From Enoplolaimus lenunculus (Eukaryota): a DNA stretch of 49,287 nucleotides. Location of the stretch: the NCBI GenBank assembly GCA_030248215.1, contig JASANG010002509.1:744001-793287 (forward strand), read 5' to 3'. Below, in pieces: positions 25,001-36,195 of the stretch. A program made the position numbers and the translations under genes. The notes below the pieces were generated by a model. That model worked only from the letters and a program-made list of their open reading frames with translations, ran no database searches and was not told where the DNA came from. Position 1 is the first letter of the stretch; every line of letters starts with the position of its first letter.

Positions 25001-28000
25001 ACATCGTAGTCTGCTCAGGAGCGTTTCTTCTTTTTTCGACAGTGCAAGCTCTGGGGTTCTGGGCACGTATTTGGCGCCAGGTACGCGGGATTTTGCTGCA
25101 TTGCTGGCGTACCATCGTTTGGCGATATGCTTCTTCACGGTAGCCTTTGCCGTGTTCATATCTATGGGGACGTCGGACTGACTCAGTGCCGTTGCTCTCT
25201 TCGCGATGTCATCCGCGGCCTCGTTGCCTGGAACGCCGCAGTGACTTGGAACCCATTGAAAGGTTACTTCGCAGCCACCGTTAGCGGCAATCTCGTCCAG
25301 CAGCTTCCATATGTCGCGTGCGAGTTCCTGCTGTTGGCAGCGGCCCGCAGCCAGCTTTTCTACCCCTGATTTGGAGTCGGTGAAGATGTTGATTCTTCCG
25401 TTGACCGGTAGTATTCCTTGGCGTTGGATTTCCCGGACTCTGCTAAGGGCTGCGTGGATCGCGCACATCTCGGCGCGAAAACTACACGTTAGTGCGCCAG
25501 CCGGGGTCACAATTTCCATCGCGGCGTTTTGCTCGTCATGCATCAACAGTAGCACTCCGCCTCCGCCGTTCCGGTTGGAGTCCACTACCGAGCCATCCGT
25601 GTAGATATCAATCGCGGCACCGTGGAGTGCTTCAATGGTCCGTTCAGTCACTATGCGCTTCCGGTGGCCCGGTTCGGACCTCCTTACCGGTTCATCCAGT
25701 GCCGGGTTAAACGTGGGCTTCGCCACCACTTTCCAAGGGGGGGCGTACGAGTGCGGATGAAGTCGTTCTCGAGGTAAGTCGACCAGAGGGGTTTGGTTGA
25801 CTATTTTCTTCGCCATGTCTCTCCAGTTACCGCGGGATAGCCGGTCTCTCACGTCATTCTCGGCAGCGACCCGCCTAGGGTGCCCGTGAGGCATACGCAG
25901 AGCCTTCTCATAGGCTATGGCGGTCAGTTCAGAGGCACGAACTTTATATGGCACCAGGTTAGCTTCGATGAGCGCATTTTCGACCGGGGTATGTCGGGTA
26001 AGCCCTGCAATGGCACGAACAGCACCGTTTTGAGCAACATCAATCTTTCCAAGCTGGGATTCGGATGTCCTGGCCGCCCACGCAGCAGCACAGTAGTCGG
26101 CTGCCGACCTGACGTACGATACATAGACCATTCTCAGGTCGTCTTTCCACCATCCCTATGTACGGCCTCTAACTGCACTCAGCACTTTGGTCCGGCTAAC
26201 CATCTTCTTCTTGATCTTTTCGATATGGGCACCAAAAGTAAGCTGACGATCAAAGGTAACTCCCAAGAAGGTTGGGGTAGGGTTGTAGTTAATTTCTGTG
26301 CCAAACAGTTTGACATGGGGTCGCCAGGAGGCCTCTTTCGGCCAGTGACTGAAAAACGTGATTTCAGTCTTCTTCGCGCTGATGGAGAGTTACCACTTGT
26401 GCGACCATCGTTCTAGCACCTCTATCGCCTCTTGCATAAGTTCGTTGGCAGATTCCTTGTCAATGTCCTGTGTCCATAGCGCCAGATCGTCGGCGAACAG
26501 GGGAGACACCAACGCCGGCAGGCATACCTTCGGCAATATCATTGATGAAGCACAGGAAGAAACTCGGCGACGTTACGGCTCCTTGCGGGAGTCCTTCATA
26601 GAATTTCCCGTATTGGCTTTCTGAAGCACCGTAGGAGACCTTGGCGTAGCGATCGCTGAGGAAACTGCGCGCCCACTGCACGTAGCAGCCCGGGAGTCCA
26701 AGTGTAAGCATCTTCTGGTACAGGGCAGGCTTCCAGACCGTGTCGAACGCTCTTTTGAAATCCACCAACACCATGACAGTCCGCTTGAACGGCTTGTCAT
26801 TGAACCCATCTGTTATCTCTTGCGCGATTCTCATGCACTGATCTTCGGTGGAATGTAGGGCTCTAAAACCAGCCTGGTTGTGGTTTAGCATCTTTCGAGA
26901 CTCGAGTAAATACATCATCCGTTCTTGGACCAGCCTTTCCATCAACTTTGCCACGCAGGATGTAAGGCTAATTGGGCGGTAGGAGCCAAGTGCCCCTGGT
27001 GGCTTGCCCATCTTCAGGATTGGAATGATCGTGGCCCTTCTCCAGTCAGCGGGGACTTCTTTGCTTCGCCAGCTCAGGTTGATAATGGCTAGCAGGTTTT
27101 CTAACCCCTTCTGTCCCAGGTGTCGCAGCATCTCATTCGAGACCCCGTCGGCACCTTCAGCTTTCCCGAGCTTGAGCCGGTTCAGGGCGTGTTGTAGCTC
27201 CCCGTGGGAGAATGGGGTGCAAGGGCCGTTAGGGTCATCGGCGCAGTGGCTGCATTGACTATTCAGCGCCCTTATCGTCGGATGCATTTCCCGCCGATCT
27301 TGCTTCGTGACGCCGATATCAGACACCTTCGTGTACTCTTTTAGAAACCCCTCTGCTTTCGCTCGGTCAGTGCGGAGAACCGTTTGGCCCCTGATCAGGG
27401 GGGTAGCGGGGTGCTCAGATCTCCCTTTTCCATAGATGTTGTGGAGCACACTGAACGCTTCCTTGGTGTTCCTGCGTGGATCCAGCTCGGTCATGGCTTG
27501 ACGGAATGTTTCCGCTTTGAGACAGTTGGCTTCCTTGGTGGTGGCCTTTGAGATTCGGTTGAACTGAACTCGCTTTTCGTCGCTGGAGTGTGCCTCACTC
27601 CTCAGATCTTTGCGTTGCTGGGCCAGTTCTGTCATTCGGTCGTTCCACCATGGCTTGGGGTTTGCTCTGGAGCCTTTGGGTATTGAGGAGCTTGCTGCGC
27701 AGAGTACTATGCGTTTGAAATGGGAGTACGATTCGCCAACCTTCTCCGGCACTGGGAAGTCGTTGAATCCTGCCTCGGACTGCTCTTTGAACCTGCGCCA
27801 GTCTGCCTTTCTGTAGCACCACTTGGTTTTCTGGCGACGCTGTTTGATGGTGTTCGCGGACAATGACCACTTGATCGGCAGATGATCAGAACACTGGTCA
27901 TCCAGCAGCTCCCAACGAACGAGGCCAAACCAGCTGCTATGGTAGATCGTTGCGTCGGGGGCGCTTCCACCGCCAGTTCCACGGTTTATCCTGGTCGGTT

Positions 28001-31000
28001 CGCCGGTGTTGAAAGGTACGAGTTCTTTGTCAACCATCCACTCCTCTATTAGCCTCCCACGCGCATCTTCTTCGTGGTTGGGGTCCCACGTGGCGGCATG
28101 TGCGTTGAAGTCACCACCCAGAAACGTGCGCTTCGTGACCACGATGGCTTCGGGGTCGAAGTTGTCGACTCGGGTATCGTCCGCTGAGCTGCGGATAGGT
28201 GGAATGTACAGGTTCACCAACCGCAGAGGCTTCATTCCAGGAACCTCCACATTAGCCGCGTTGTACTCGGTGGTGTTGTCATCTCGGTGCACGACTCCGG
28301 TACTCAGTTCTTCATAGTTGAGTGCGCTATCAATTAGCATGCACACTCCGCCTTGCGCTTGGTTTTTTCGAGCACTGTCGTTTCGGTTGACAGTACGGTC
28401 CTTGCGGAGTAGGTTGTAACCGCGCGGGGCCCGGAAGGCGGCATCCTTCGAAAGCTTTGTCTCCTGCAACATTACTATCGCAGGATTGTGGTCTGCAATC
28501 ATCTTCTCGAGTAGTGGGAGTTTGGATCGTATACCGTTGCAGTTCCATTGCAGCACTACATACTCGTTTTTGGCCTGCTTGGGCGAGGGTGTCGATTTCC
28601 CATTCCCGGCTCTGCTTGAGCGCCGCCCATTGGCGCACCTTGGCTCTCACGGAACTTCCGGCGTTGCTTCTTGGTCGGCTTCACCTTCCGGGTGACTTGG
28701 GTCGCTGGTGGAGCGGGGACTGGTTGACAGCCATGACATCGCCAGTCCAGAGTAGATGTCCCGTCCACATCAGTCCTGGGGACACTTCCAATGTCTTTAA
28801 TCGACGTGCAGTTCATGTGAAACCAGAGCTTGCATTCGATACAGTTCACAACGGGTAGCTTCTGCCTGCCTCATGTGGATTTACTGCAGCCTCCACAGGG
28901 CCACCGAACCGGCCCACGGCGGGGGACTTTACGCCAGCCATCATCAGGGCCATGCGAACCAGCCAGGCTGGCTTACCAGGTCCGCAACGGGAAAACCCAC
29001 TGGATTCGATACAGCCATTCCATACGTGAACGCTGGGTCTTGAGGACGTTTTGTTGCTTCCACTGGCCTGGCTGGCCAGATTCCGCGTGTACCCCCACGA
29101 TCGTAGACGCATCCTCTTCGGGGGCATGTACGAGCTTCGCTCAATACATGTAGTTCTGCCTGGTTCCAGTCGTAAGTTCTTCCGTAATTGCTTCCCGTCA
29201 ACGTAAGAAATTCAAGTCTACAATCTCGAGATTGTTAATCTAGATACCACATAGAACAACATTTTCGAATAGTGTTCCATAAAGTGTAAAAAAGTTCAAA
29301 ACCTACCGGTAAATTAATAAATATCATAGAATGAACATCTGGTCTCAGAACATCACGGAACGGTGTAACAAATTTCTGAAACATACCAAGACACTGTACA
29401 ATTTAGCTCACTATAATCTAAATTAGAGTTTTGATCCAGGAATGTTTATTTGTGAAATTTTCCGGTGTTCAAGTTTTGCTTACTCTGCGCAAAAAAGTGT
29501 TGGTATAGAAACAACGGAATTTGTCGTTCGAAAAATTCTTCGGGATGAGACAATTTATTGTACAACACGATCAATAAGAATCATTTTACCTAAATTAGAG
29601 TAAATATTGCACTTGAGAAAGCTGACAATGTTCTATATAAACAGTAGTTAAAATGCAGAGGGTCTACTTAAATTCAGTTACTGAGATAGGTTTCACTTTA
29701 ACACATAAAAACATTCTGTTCTGTACCTTCAAAATCATATTTAAAGCATCAACATAATTCTTTTCTGTATCAATCAGCTCTTTAATGCAATGTTCTCTTG
29801 AATCTTTGGGTTTAAAATCCTGCAGAAAAACAGACAGGCATCCTTACAAATATGTAGATTCACATGATGTTGCAGAGAATAACTTAACTGTAGCACTGGC
29901 AAACTCAATGAATTTTGGGCTATTTTAAATTCGCCGCAAAAAAGTCCAAGTAGAGAAAATTAGGTAGGCGTTAAGTAACATGCTGTGACATAAACTGTAA
30001 CGCCCCTGTGGGCACAGTGTTAGTGTAAAGACAAAATAACAACCAAACCAACTAAAAACTTGACTTACCTCGTCCTGTGCCGCAGTCCTTTGTTTCCGTG
30101 TGACAATATGATCGTAAATTTGCTCACGATCATCATCCACAAGCGTCTTATACTCATCTTCTTCTAAGTCATGCTCCCTAAACATCGAAATTTTTCTATG
30201 TCTGAAAACACGTGTTATTCCGCAATGGTAAGTTTAATTTACTTCCTAATGTTATCATCAATCTTAGGTTAAACAATAAGTAATCTAATTCATAGTTTTA
30301 GGCCAAATTAATACTAGTTGTGACTAAATATTCTGCGGTGAATACCGTACAACAACTAGCCACACAGTGGTATGAAACACACGTTTTAAATAGTTTTTGA
30401 AGAATGTTCTCATGATAGTTACATTTGCCAAGCGTCAGCGTCACACTACTATACTAAAAATGAAAAACAAGATTACAGTTGAATATTCTAAGCCTGCTAT
30501 TTATTGAAGTTTAAGGTACAAGTTTACTGCCATCATACTCTGCTTGTTCTTCTAAATTTCTGTAAATTTCGTTGTAGTACTCATGATGTGAAGACGATTC
30601 ATGCGTTTCCACAAATGAAAATCCTCTGAAACATTGACTCTTGTTAACAGAAATGTCTTAGACCAAGACCTTTACAGCTGCTCAAACATTGTACAGAAAA
30701 AACGTTGTTTAATAACAGCAATGACTAACAAAGCACGCAAATAATTATATATGCGCAACTGCGACAGAACTATATTCCTAACAGTTAATGGCCGCAATAG
30801 GCTCACTCAATTAAACTTTTAACTTTTCCAGGATTTAACAAAGCATTGCGTCCTTAATCATGCATTAATGGCCATAATAGCTTCTCTGAAAAAAAACTTT
30901 TCACTTTTCGAAGGATTTAATAAAGCATTACGTTCTTAACCATGCATGCACTGGCAAAATGTCGAGTGTTTGCCGTAGTCGGATATCCCGTTGTTCCCTA

Positions 31001-31814
31001 GTTCTCACAAAGCCGACTCATAAATATATTCGATATTGCAGTAAAGGGTTGGCTAAATTTAAAAATCGATGCTAAACATACTCAATCCCAGCTTTTCGAG
31101 CCTGAGGTGACTGTGACAATTTGGCGAGAACTTTGAGCACTTGGCGAAAATCGCGAACTTTGTACAAATCATCCGCGGTAAACAGTTCAGACTGATCGAA
31201 ACCGAAATATTTGCAACATGCTATCAGAAACGCTGTTATATTCTTGATGCAAAGAAACTAAAACAACATATATGGACGTTTAGTATGTACAACACCGACA
31301 CTCAATCGCTTACAGACTGATTATTTATACTACACGTATACGCATTTGCTACAAAAGTCATTATGTGAGGCTGGCAAACAGCGTCAGATTATCATGGTAG
31401 CGTTATTTTTAAACAAGGACGGTTCAATATATTTTACGAAACACAATCTGAACATGCACAAGCATTCACATTCAAATCAACGTTAAACCAGTTAAGAAGC
31501 CTGCTTCTGTACAATACAGACAATCCCAAAGCGCTTACTTGAGACAACTGCGGTCGTAAATTAATGTCATGCGTATCGACACTGCCTTTGTGTAACCGAT
31601 TGGCTATGAGACATAATATAACTCCATCACGTAATACTTGGGCAAAATCAGCAAGTGATGCATGTTGCCATGAAACACATCGATTAGTGGTATCAAGTCC
31701 AACGCCACATCGAGCGACAAATACAGCAGCATCGCGCCAACAATCTTCTGCAGAGTCAGTTGACCGCGAAACTAATTCACCACTACGACTGGCCAAATCC
31801 AAATTAATCACCAT
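16074..31814 (-). CDS. vav: Vav-family Rho/Rac guanine nucleotide exchange factor (CH-acidic-DH-PH-C1-SH3-SH2-SH3), 25 exons, ~1155 aa
   Basis: Exons in transcription order: 31539-31814, 31082-31257, 30539-30625, 30069-30177, 29727-29819, 29307-29375, 24447-24534, 24059-24219, 23686-23781, 23376-23447, 22903-23090, 22677-22725, 22242-22349, 21867-21976, 20687-20788, 20160-20197, 19824-19958, 19226-19362, 18999-19064, 18169-18812, 17794-17907, 17476-17569, 16978-17071, 16541-16674, 16074-16301. All are GT-AG with consistent phases, total 3468 nt. Motifs: CH LRDGVILCLIANRL...RPQLSQFLCIKNI; acidic EIYRNL/EQIYDHI; DH ELIDTEKNY...PMQRVLKYHL; PH DYGRLLKDGE...RYIFVFDKVLMICK; C1 HRFQLQTF..CTRC..QGYRC..C..VHKEC; SH3 GWWNGR..GLFPADYV; SH2 YPWYAG..GTYLVR..VKHVKI; SH3 ARHDF..GWWKG..IGYFPLAYV. 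The donor at 19823 is the least certain site. Confidence 0.95.
24725..29112 (-). pseudogene. Disrupted polyprotein ORF of the retrotransposon
   Basis: Frameshifts near 28920, between 28650 and 28556, and at ~26500 (CCCC before LFADD); in-frame stops at 28871-28873 (TGA), 26390-26392 (TAA) and 26156-26158 (TAG). Intact blocks correspond to ORFs 26460-28556 and 24725-26131. Confidence 0.85.
29042..29125 (-). ncRNA. HDV-like self-cleaving ribozyme at the retrotransposon 5' end
   Basis: RNA GCCCCC GAA GAGGAU GCG UCUACGAU CGU GGGGGU A CACGCGGAAU CUGGCC AGCCA GGCCAG UGGAAGCAACAAAAC GUCCUC. P1 GCCCCC/GGGGGU with G1-U wobble; P2 GAGGAU/GUCCUC; P3 GCG/CGU; L3 UCUACGAU (HDV has UCCUCGCU); 1-bp P1.1; P4 CUGGCC/GGCCAG; C/A-rich J4/2. 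G1 coincides exactly with the TSD-defined 5' boundary. Confidence 0.72.
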
Positions 31815-33774
31815 GTATTAAGTTTAGTTGTTCAGTTAGCAAAACCTGCGAAACGTTCCAGGTATATCTCAAAATTATACGCCTTAACATTGTACTGCGG
31901 GTTGCAACCATAATTAAGAAAAACCATACGTACTCGTGCAAGAACAAATTTGTTGTGGTGTAGTACAGATAAACAATAACCAATCGGTTATACTTACGTG
32001 TGCAATTTTTATGCATGAATTGGTCAGGCGTCGATAGTATTCGCCAACGCAATCACTTGACCTAATTTATCGAACATAAAACTGGCTAACGACCAAACTT
32101 TACGTTGACCTGATTTAATCTAGCTAAGTAAATACGAAAAAGGACTAAAGGCTTAAAATTAGAACGTATATGTGACTGCATTGCATCCTGCCAGTGGCGG
32201 ATCCAAAAATTTTTGACGGGGAGACTTGCTTGCGAACGCTATGAAACTCAAAAATTGTAAGGTAGGGATCTTATCATTTTATCACTAATAAATTTCCTGA
32301 GAGCGAAATATGGTAAGGTAGAGGGACCTTTTGCCATTTTAACACAAAACAATTTCTGACGGGGAGCATACGCCCATACGCCTTTCCGTTCTGGATCCGA
32401 GTGAATCCTACGCTCCAATCAACTGCAAATTTATGCTTAACACATAATTCATATTTACTGTGTACATTCAGGTTGGTGAAATTGTTATAAAATACCTTTT
32501 TTGCAACCTAATTGCTCTCCACTTTTAATATCGTTGTTCCCCCAGCGTCGCCGGAAGTAAATTAAATATTGGAGCACAGTGGTACCTAAAATAGTCGAAT
32601 GCTGCGACAGACAAGATGATGCAGTAAAATTAAGTAGTCACTTTATAACTCACCGGTAAACGCGAAACTTTCACACAAAATTAAATCGTTTATTAAATGA
32701 ATTACACTTCGCGCACAGCGGGAAATTTTTTGACATTTTCTGCTAAAGTAACTGACCAACTGATTTTTAGGTAAAGGCTTATTCAACCTTCATATGCTCT
32801 AAAACGTGGAGATAGAGTACACGGCACACCTCACTGCAAAATTGTTTTATTACCATTTTTGATTATTTCATTTTGAGTGCGTTTCCGTTTCTGTGTCCGT
32901 TATTTTTATAATCAGTTTACCGTGGTTTCTATATTTTTACCGATACTATAACAGGTAGGGTTGAGTTGGTGAAACAGGTATTCAACAGTTTGATATTAGG
33001 CCCCCAATCTGAACATTGGACAGTAACTGCCCCCCGCCGAACACTTCCGGTGCCTGTGCGTGCACCACTGCATTTTCAAACACCAGACAGACCAAAAATT
33101 AAACCTGTTTTTGTTGCGATTGACCATGTTTAGTTCAGAAGTGCTTATTTCTTCTATTCTGACACATTGCAAAATCTAATGATGTAACACTGAAGATAAA
33201 TTATCTTGTTGCTTAGAAACAGCACTATGACTGTCTGCAAATTTAGCAAAACAGAACATTTGCACAGTAAATTCCAGTAGTTAGCCAAGTTCCAGACGTG
33301 GTTTGTTTTAACTGTTCAGATTAAAGCTCAAATTAAAATTAACTCTTGCTAACCACCAAGGTGTAACCAACCGGAAGCAAAAAATATCGAAGCCAGACCT
33401 CGTAGGTCAACGAAGTTGACCGGAGCCGGACGTGAAGCTGCAGGTGACGCGAAATTAGGTAGCTTAAAACAATGCTTAATTTATTATTTTCTGCAAATGA
33501 CTGTAAAGCAGGATATGACAGGAATTCGTTTCGGTTTCTGGCATAAATCGGTGTCTGTTTCCGTTTTTGTTATAGAAATACCGGAAGTTCTATTAGATTT
33601 TACGCTCAATAGAATTTATGTCTGGCACTCTTTCATTACGGATATGTTGCAATTGTTCGAAATGAAATAAAAATGAAATTCATCTAATTCATCTAATATC
33701 TCAAAATTTAGACGCATCGGTTCATTTTTCTTTAAAATTTTAGAAAACTCCTTGAATATTTGCACGCCTTTTAA

Positions 33775-33944
33775 CAGGGCCGGAGAAGTCATCCCCCATA
33801 CCCCCAGATGGGCCCATCCCAACGATGGTCCCAACCCTAACAAGATATTAAACAAAATAGCCGTAAAATATGCTGACCATCGCAAAAAATCCCCACCCTG
33901 AAATTTTAAGATGGCCTCCGCCCTAGCCTGCTTCGGCGGCACTG
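33775..33944. mobile_element. hAT-like MITE (CAGGGCCG...CGGCACTG)
   Basis: Perfect 8-bp TSD CCTTTTAA at 33767-33774 and 33945-33952. Confidence 0.8.
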
Positions 33945-34027
33945 CCTTTTAATACCAAGGCCAACAGCAGTAACATTTAAGTTGTGAATGGTAAGCTAAC
34001 CAAATTTCTAGTTCTCTACGTTGGTTA

Positions 34028-34206
34028 TTTGTATATTAAAGCCGAAACGCCCCACATACGTATTTTGGAGAACTTTCCCGCATTACACTTTGTTTTCAAT
34101 AATTTCTTAACAAATACACGTGATTGTTCTATGAAAAGAAAATTTGCAAAGACATTTTTGTGCTTTCGCTAACTTTTTTTCATATTGCGCAAAGCTGGCT
34201 GACTAG
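34028..34206 (+). mobile_element. Short non-autonomous Helitron, copy 1
   Basis: A|T(T)TGTATATTAAAGC...ttgcgcaaagctggctgaCTAG|T; homologous end-to-end to 41060-41234. Confidence 0.7.
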
Positions 34207-34472
34207 TATATTTAATGTGTGAGACAACTCTTGGTCTCTGTATTGCGGGTTCGGTATAGCGCTGCAACACTGAAAATATCGCTACACCGCCCCCGTTTTT
34301 GTAACCTTTTTCAAGTTATACATGGAAAACTAACAAAATTTCTTCATTTGAAGTATTTTTTATTTTAATGGTTATGATAATTATTTGTCCCTACTGTGGG
34401 TGTGGCTAAAGTACAGCGTCGATCGCGACAGATAGCGGTATATGTACACACCACAAGTAGTGTTAAAAATCT

Positions 34473-34683
34473 GGCCAATGTAAAGAACAAGTTCGGAACA
34501 GTATTATAAGCATATTCCTAAGTCTGAGCCTAAGCGTAAGCCTAAGCGTAATAATGAGTTTATTCCTATAAGCCTAAGCCTAAACCTAAGCCAAAGTCAA
34601 GCAAAAAAATTAGTCTAAAGATTAAGCTATTCTATTATATAGTCCCACAGAAAAACGTTCCGCCCCTGATCTTTACATGGGCC
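34473..34683. mobile_element. TTAGGC-array MITE, subfamily A (GCCTAA on plus)
   Basis: ggccaatgtaaagaac...gcctaagcgtaagcctaagc...ccgcccctgatctttacatgggcc. Confidence 0.88.
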
Positions 34684-34803
34684 AAATATTATAGTTTCAG
34701 TAGGCGACTTTATACATCAAATAATTGGCGAATAATTCAAAAACGAGCAAAAGGGAACGAATTTTTGTTCACTATTTTTATCAATAAAGTACGGCGAAAT
34801 ACT

Positions 34804-35994
34804 ATGAATTCGACAGATCATTTAAAAGAAGTGTTGCCGAAAACAGCGTTTTTGTTCCAAGAATTTTCGTTTCATCCGATTTTGTGCAAACCGAAGTTGC
34901 TGCCGCTGAAATCGTTTACACTGCAGAAACTAGAAAAAATGCAAAAAGAAGCTCAAGAAAAGGTATTTGCATCCAAAATCTAAAAACGTAAAGCCCCTGC
35001 TCTGTACATAAGCCAGGCTTAGCCTTAGTCTTAGGTTCGAACTTTAGCTGACAAGAGCTTATTAAATAACATTTTCCGCTTGGCCAGTACTTATTTGGTT
35101 AATATCGTTTGGGCAATCGTCACCGTGCACTCGATGTGGCGGGGTGGGTCCAAGTGTCAATTGATTTGTATTGGTTATTCCAGAAAAATTAACTAAAATT
35201 CAATGTCAAGCCAAAGATTAAAACTTATGCAGTCTATCATCGCCTTTGTTTCTCAGAAACTTTATTATGTTGTGTTTTTATATAAACGAGAACACTAAAT
35301 TTGAACTAATATTAAAATTGCTGGTGGACTTCGTACTTTGGACGGAGGTTTGCAAATTTTTGAGGGGTTACTGTATATACAATTCGTATGTATCGGTTCG
35401 GCTACAGCTTGAAAAAGGGGAAGCCGGATGAAAATGTTGCTCCCACCTTTTCGGGAAAGGGTGGTTGCAAAAATTGCAAAAAATTTTCGCATCCCTTTAA
35501 AATGGGTATGGTTTCTTTACGTTTACAAAAATGCCAATGACGCCTTGAGTTTATGCGTTTATGCTTCAGACCAACTTTTTTGGTTAGGCTTACAGGCTTT
35601 AGGCCTAGGCATCAGTTTAGGAATAGGCTGATACTTACGCTTAGGCTTTTAGGTATATGCCAAGGCTTATCAATATGCGTATTCTACTGTTCCGGCGCTG
35701 TTCCATACAATATATAAGTAATCTAAATTTTAGGTTCTTGAAATGCTTGAATCAAAAGAAACCGAAAACTCAACAGCAGAACGGAATCAAACGCCAAATC
35801 AGAACCCCAGTAAAGCTCAAAGACCCGGCTCGACGCAAAACTCCAATACGATCGCTGCAACAAGTAATAAATCAGACAACGCGACCACGAAAACACCTCA
35901 AGCAGCTGATATTTGGAAAGCCGATGACTGTGACTCAGAGAGAAGTAGTGTCGAATCGACAACAGATGATGGCGAAAACTCAACTGTGTTGTAA
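34804..35994 (+). CDS. BBIP1: BBSome-interacting protein 1 (BBIP10/BBS18), 2 exons, 139 aa
   Basis: Exon 1 34804-34962 (AAG|gtattt), exon 2 35734-35994 (ttttag|GTT). The peptide EVLPKTAFLFQE...[27 protein letters not shown] matches the BBIP1 signature EVLPK...[20 protein letters not shown]. Confidence 0.9.
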
Positions 35995-36002
35995 AGGAAA
36001 TG

Positions 36003-36195
36003 GGCCAATGTAAAGAACAGGCGCGGAACAGTATTTATAAGCATACTAGCCTAAGCGTAAGCCTAAGTCTAAGCGTAAGAATGAGCATATTGCTAAGCCT
36101 AAAGCCTAAGCCAAACAAAAAATTAGTCAAAAGCTTAAGCTTACTTTATTGCAGTCTCACAGAAAAACGTTCCGCCCTTGATCTTTACATGGGCC
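36003..36195. mobile_element. TTAGGC-array MITE, subfamily A, 8 bp after the BBIP1 stop codon
   Basis: ggccaatgtaaagaacaggcgcggaacag...ccgcccttgatctttacatgggcc. Confidence 0.88.

Larger units (their letters stand above)
24685..29125 (-). mobile_element. Full-length, inactivated non-LTR retrotransposon of the I group (Ingi-like): PHD-APE-RT-RNase H-CCHC, (CAA)n tail, in Vav intron 6
   Basis: 12-bp TSD ATGTACGAGCTT at 24673-24684 and 29126-29137; 3' (CAA)n tail at ~24685-24698. APE motifs LQWNCNG, LQETK, GDFNAH, SDH. RT motifs YRPISLTS, QAGFR, VDFKRAFDTV, GLPQG, LFADD (after a +1 frameshift at ~26500). RNase H motifs YTDGS, AEMCAI, FTDS, WVPSHCGVPGNEAAD. C-terminal CTRC...H....C. Clade name needs an RT tree. 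Confidence 0.93.

Noticed and set aside
26460..28556. Reverse transcriptase as a retron, DGR or other prokaryotic defence system
   Set aside because: Fused APE and RNase H, TSD and microsatellite tail identify a eukaryotic non-LTR retrotransposon.
24852..29201. Many overlapping short ORFs on both strands
   Set aside because: Shadow frames of the GC-rich retrotransposon.
30786..30947. ~80-bp diverged tandem duplication in Vav intron 2
   Set aside because: Ordinary local duplication with no coding or structural signal.
16074..31814. Intronic telomerase RNA template (GCCUAAGCC) on the Vav strand
   Set aside because: No isolated 1.5-repeat template found in Vav introns; TTAGGC/GCCTAA runs elsewhere are explained by the MITE family.
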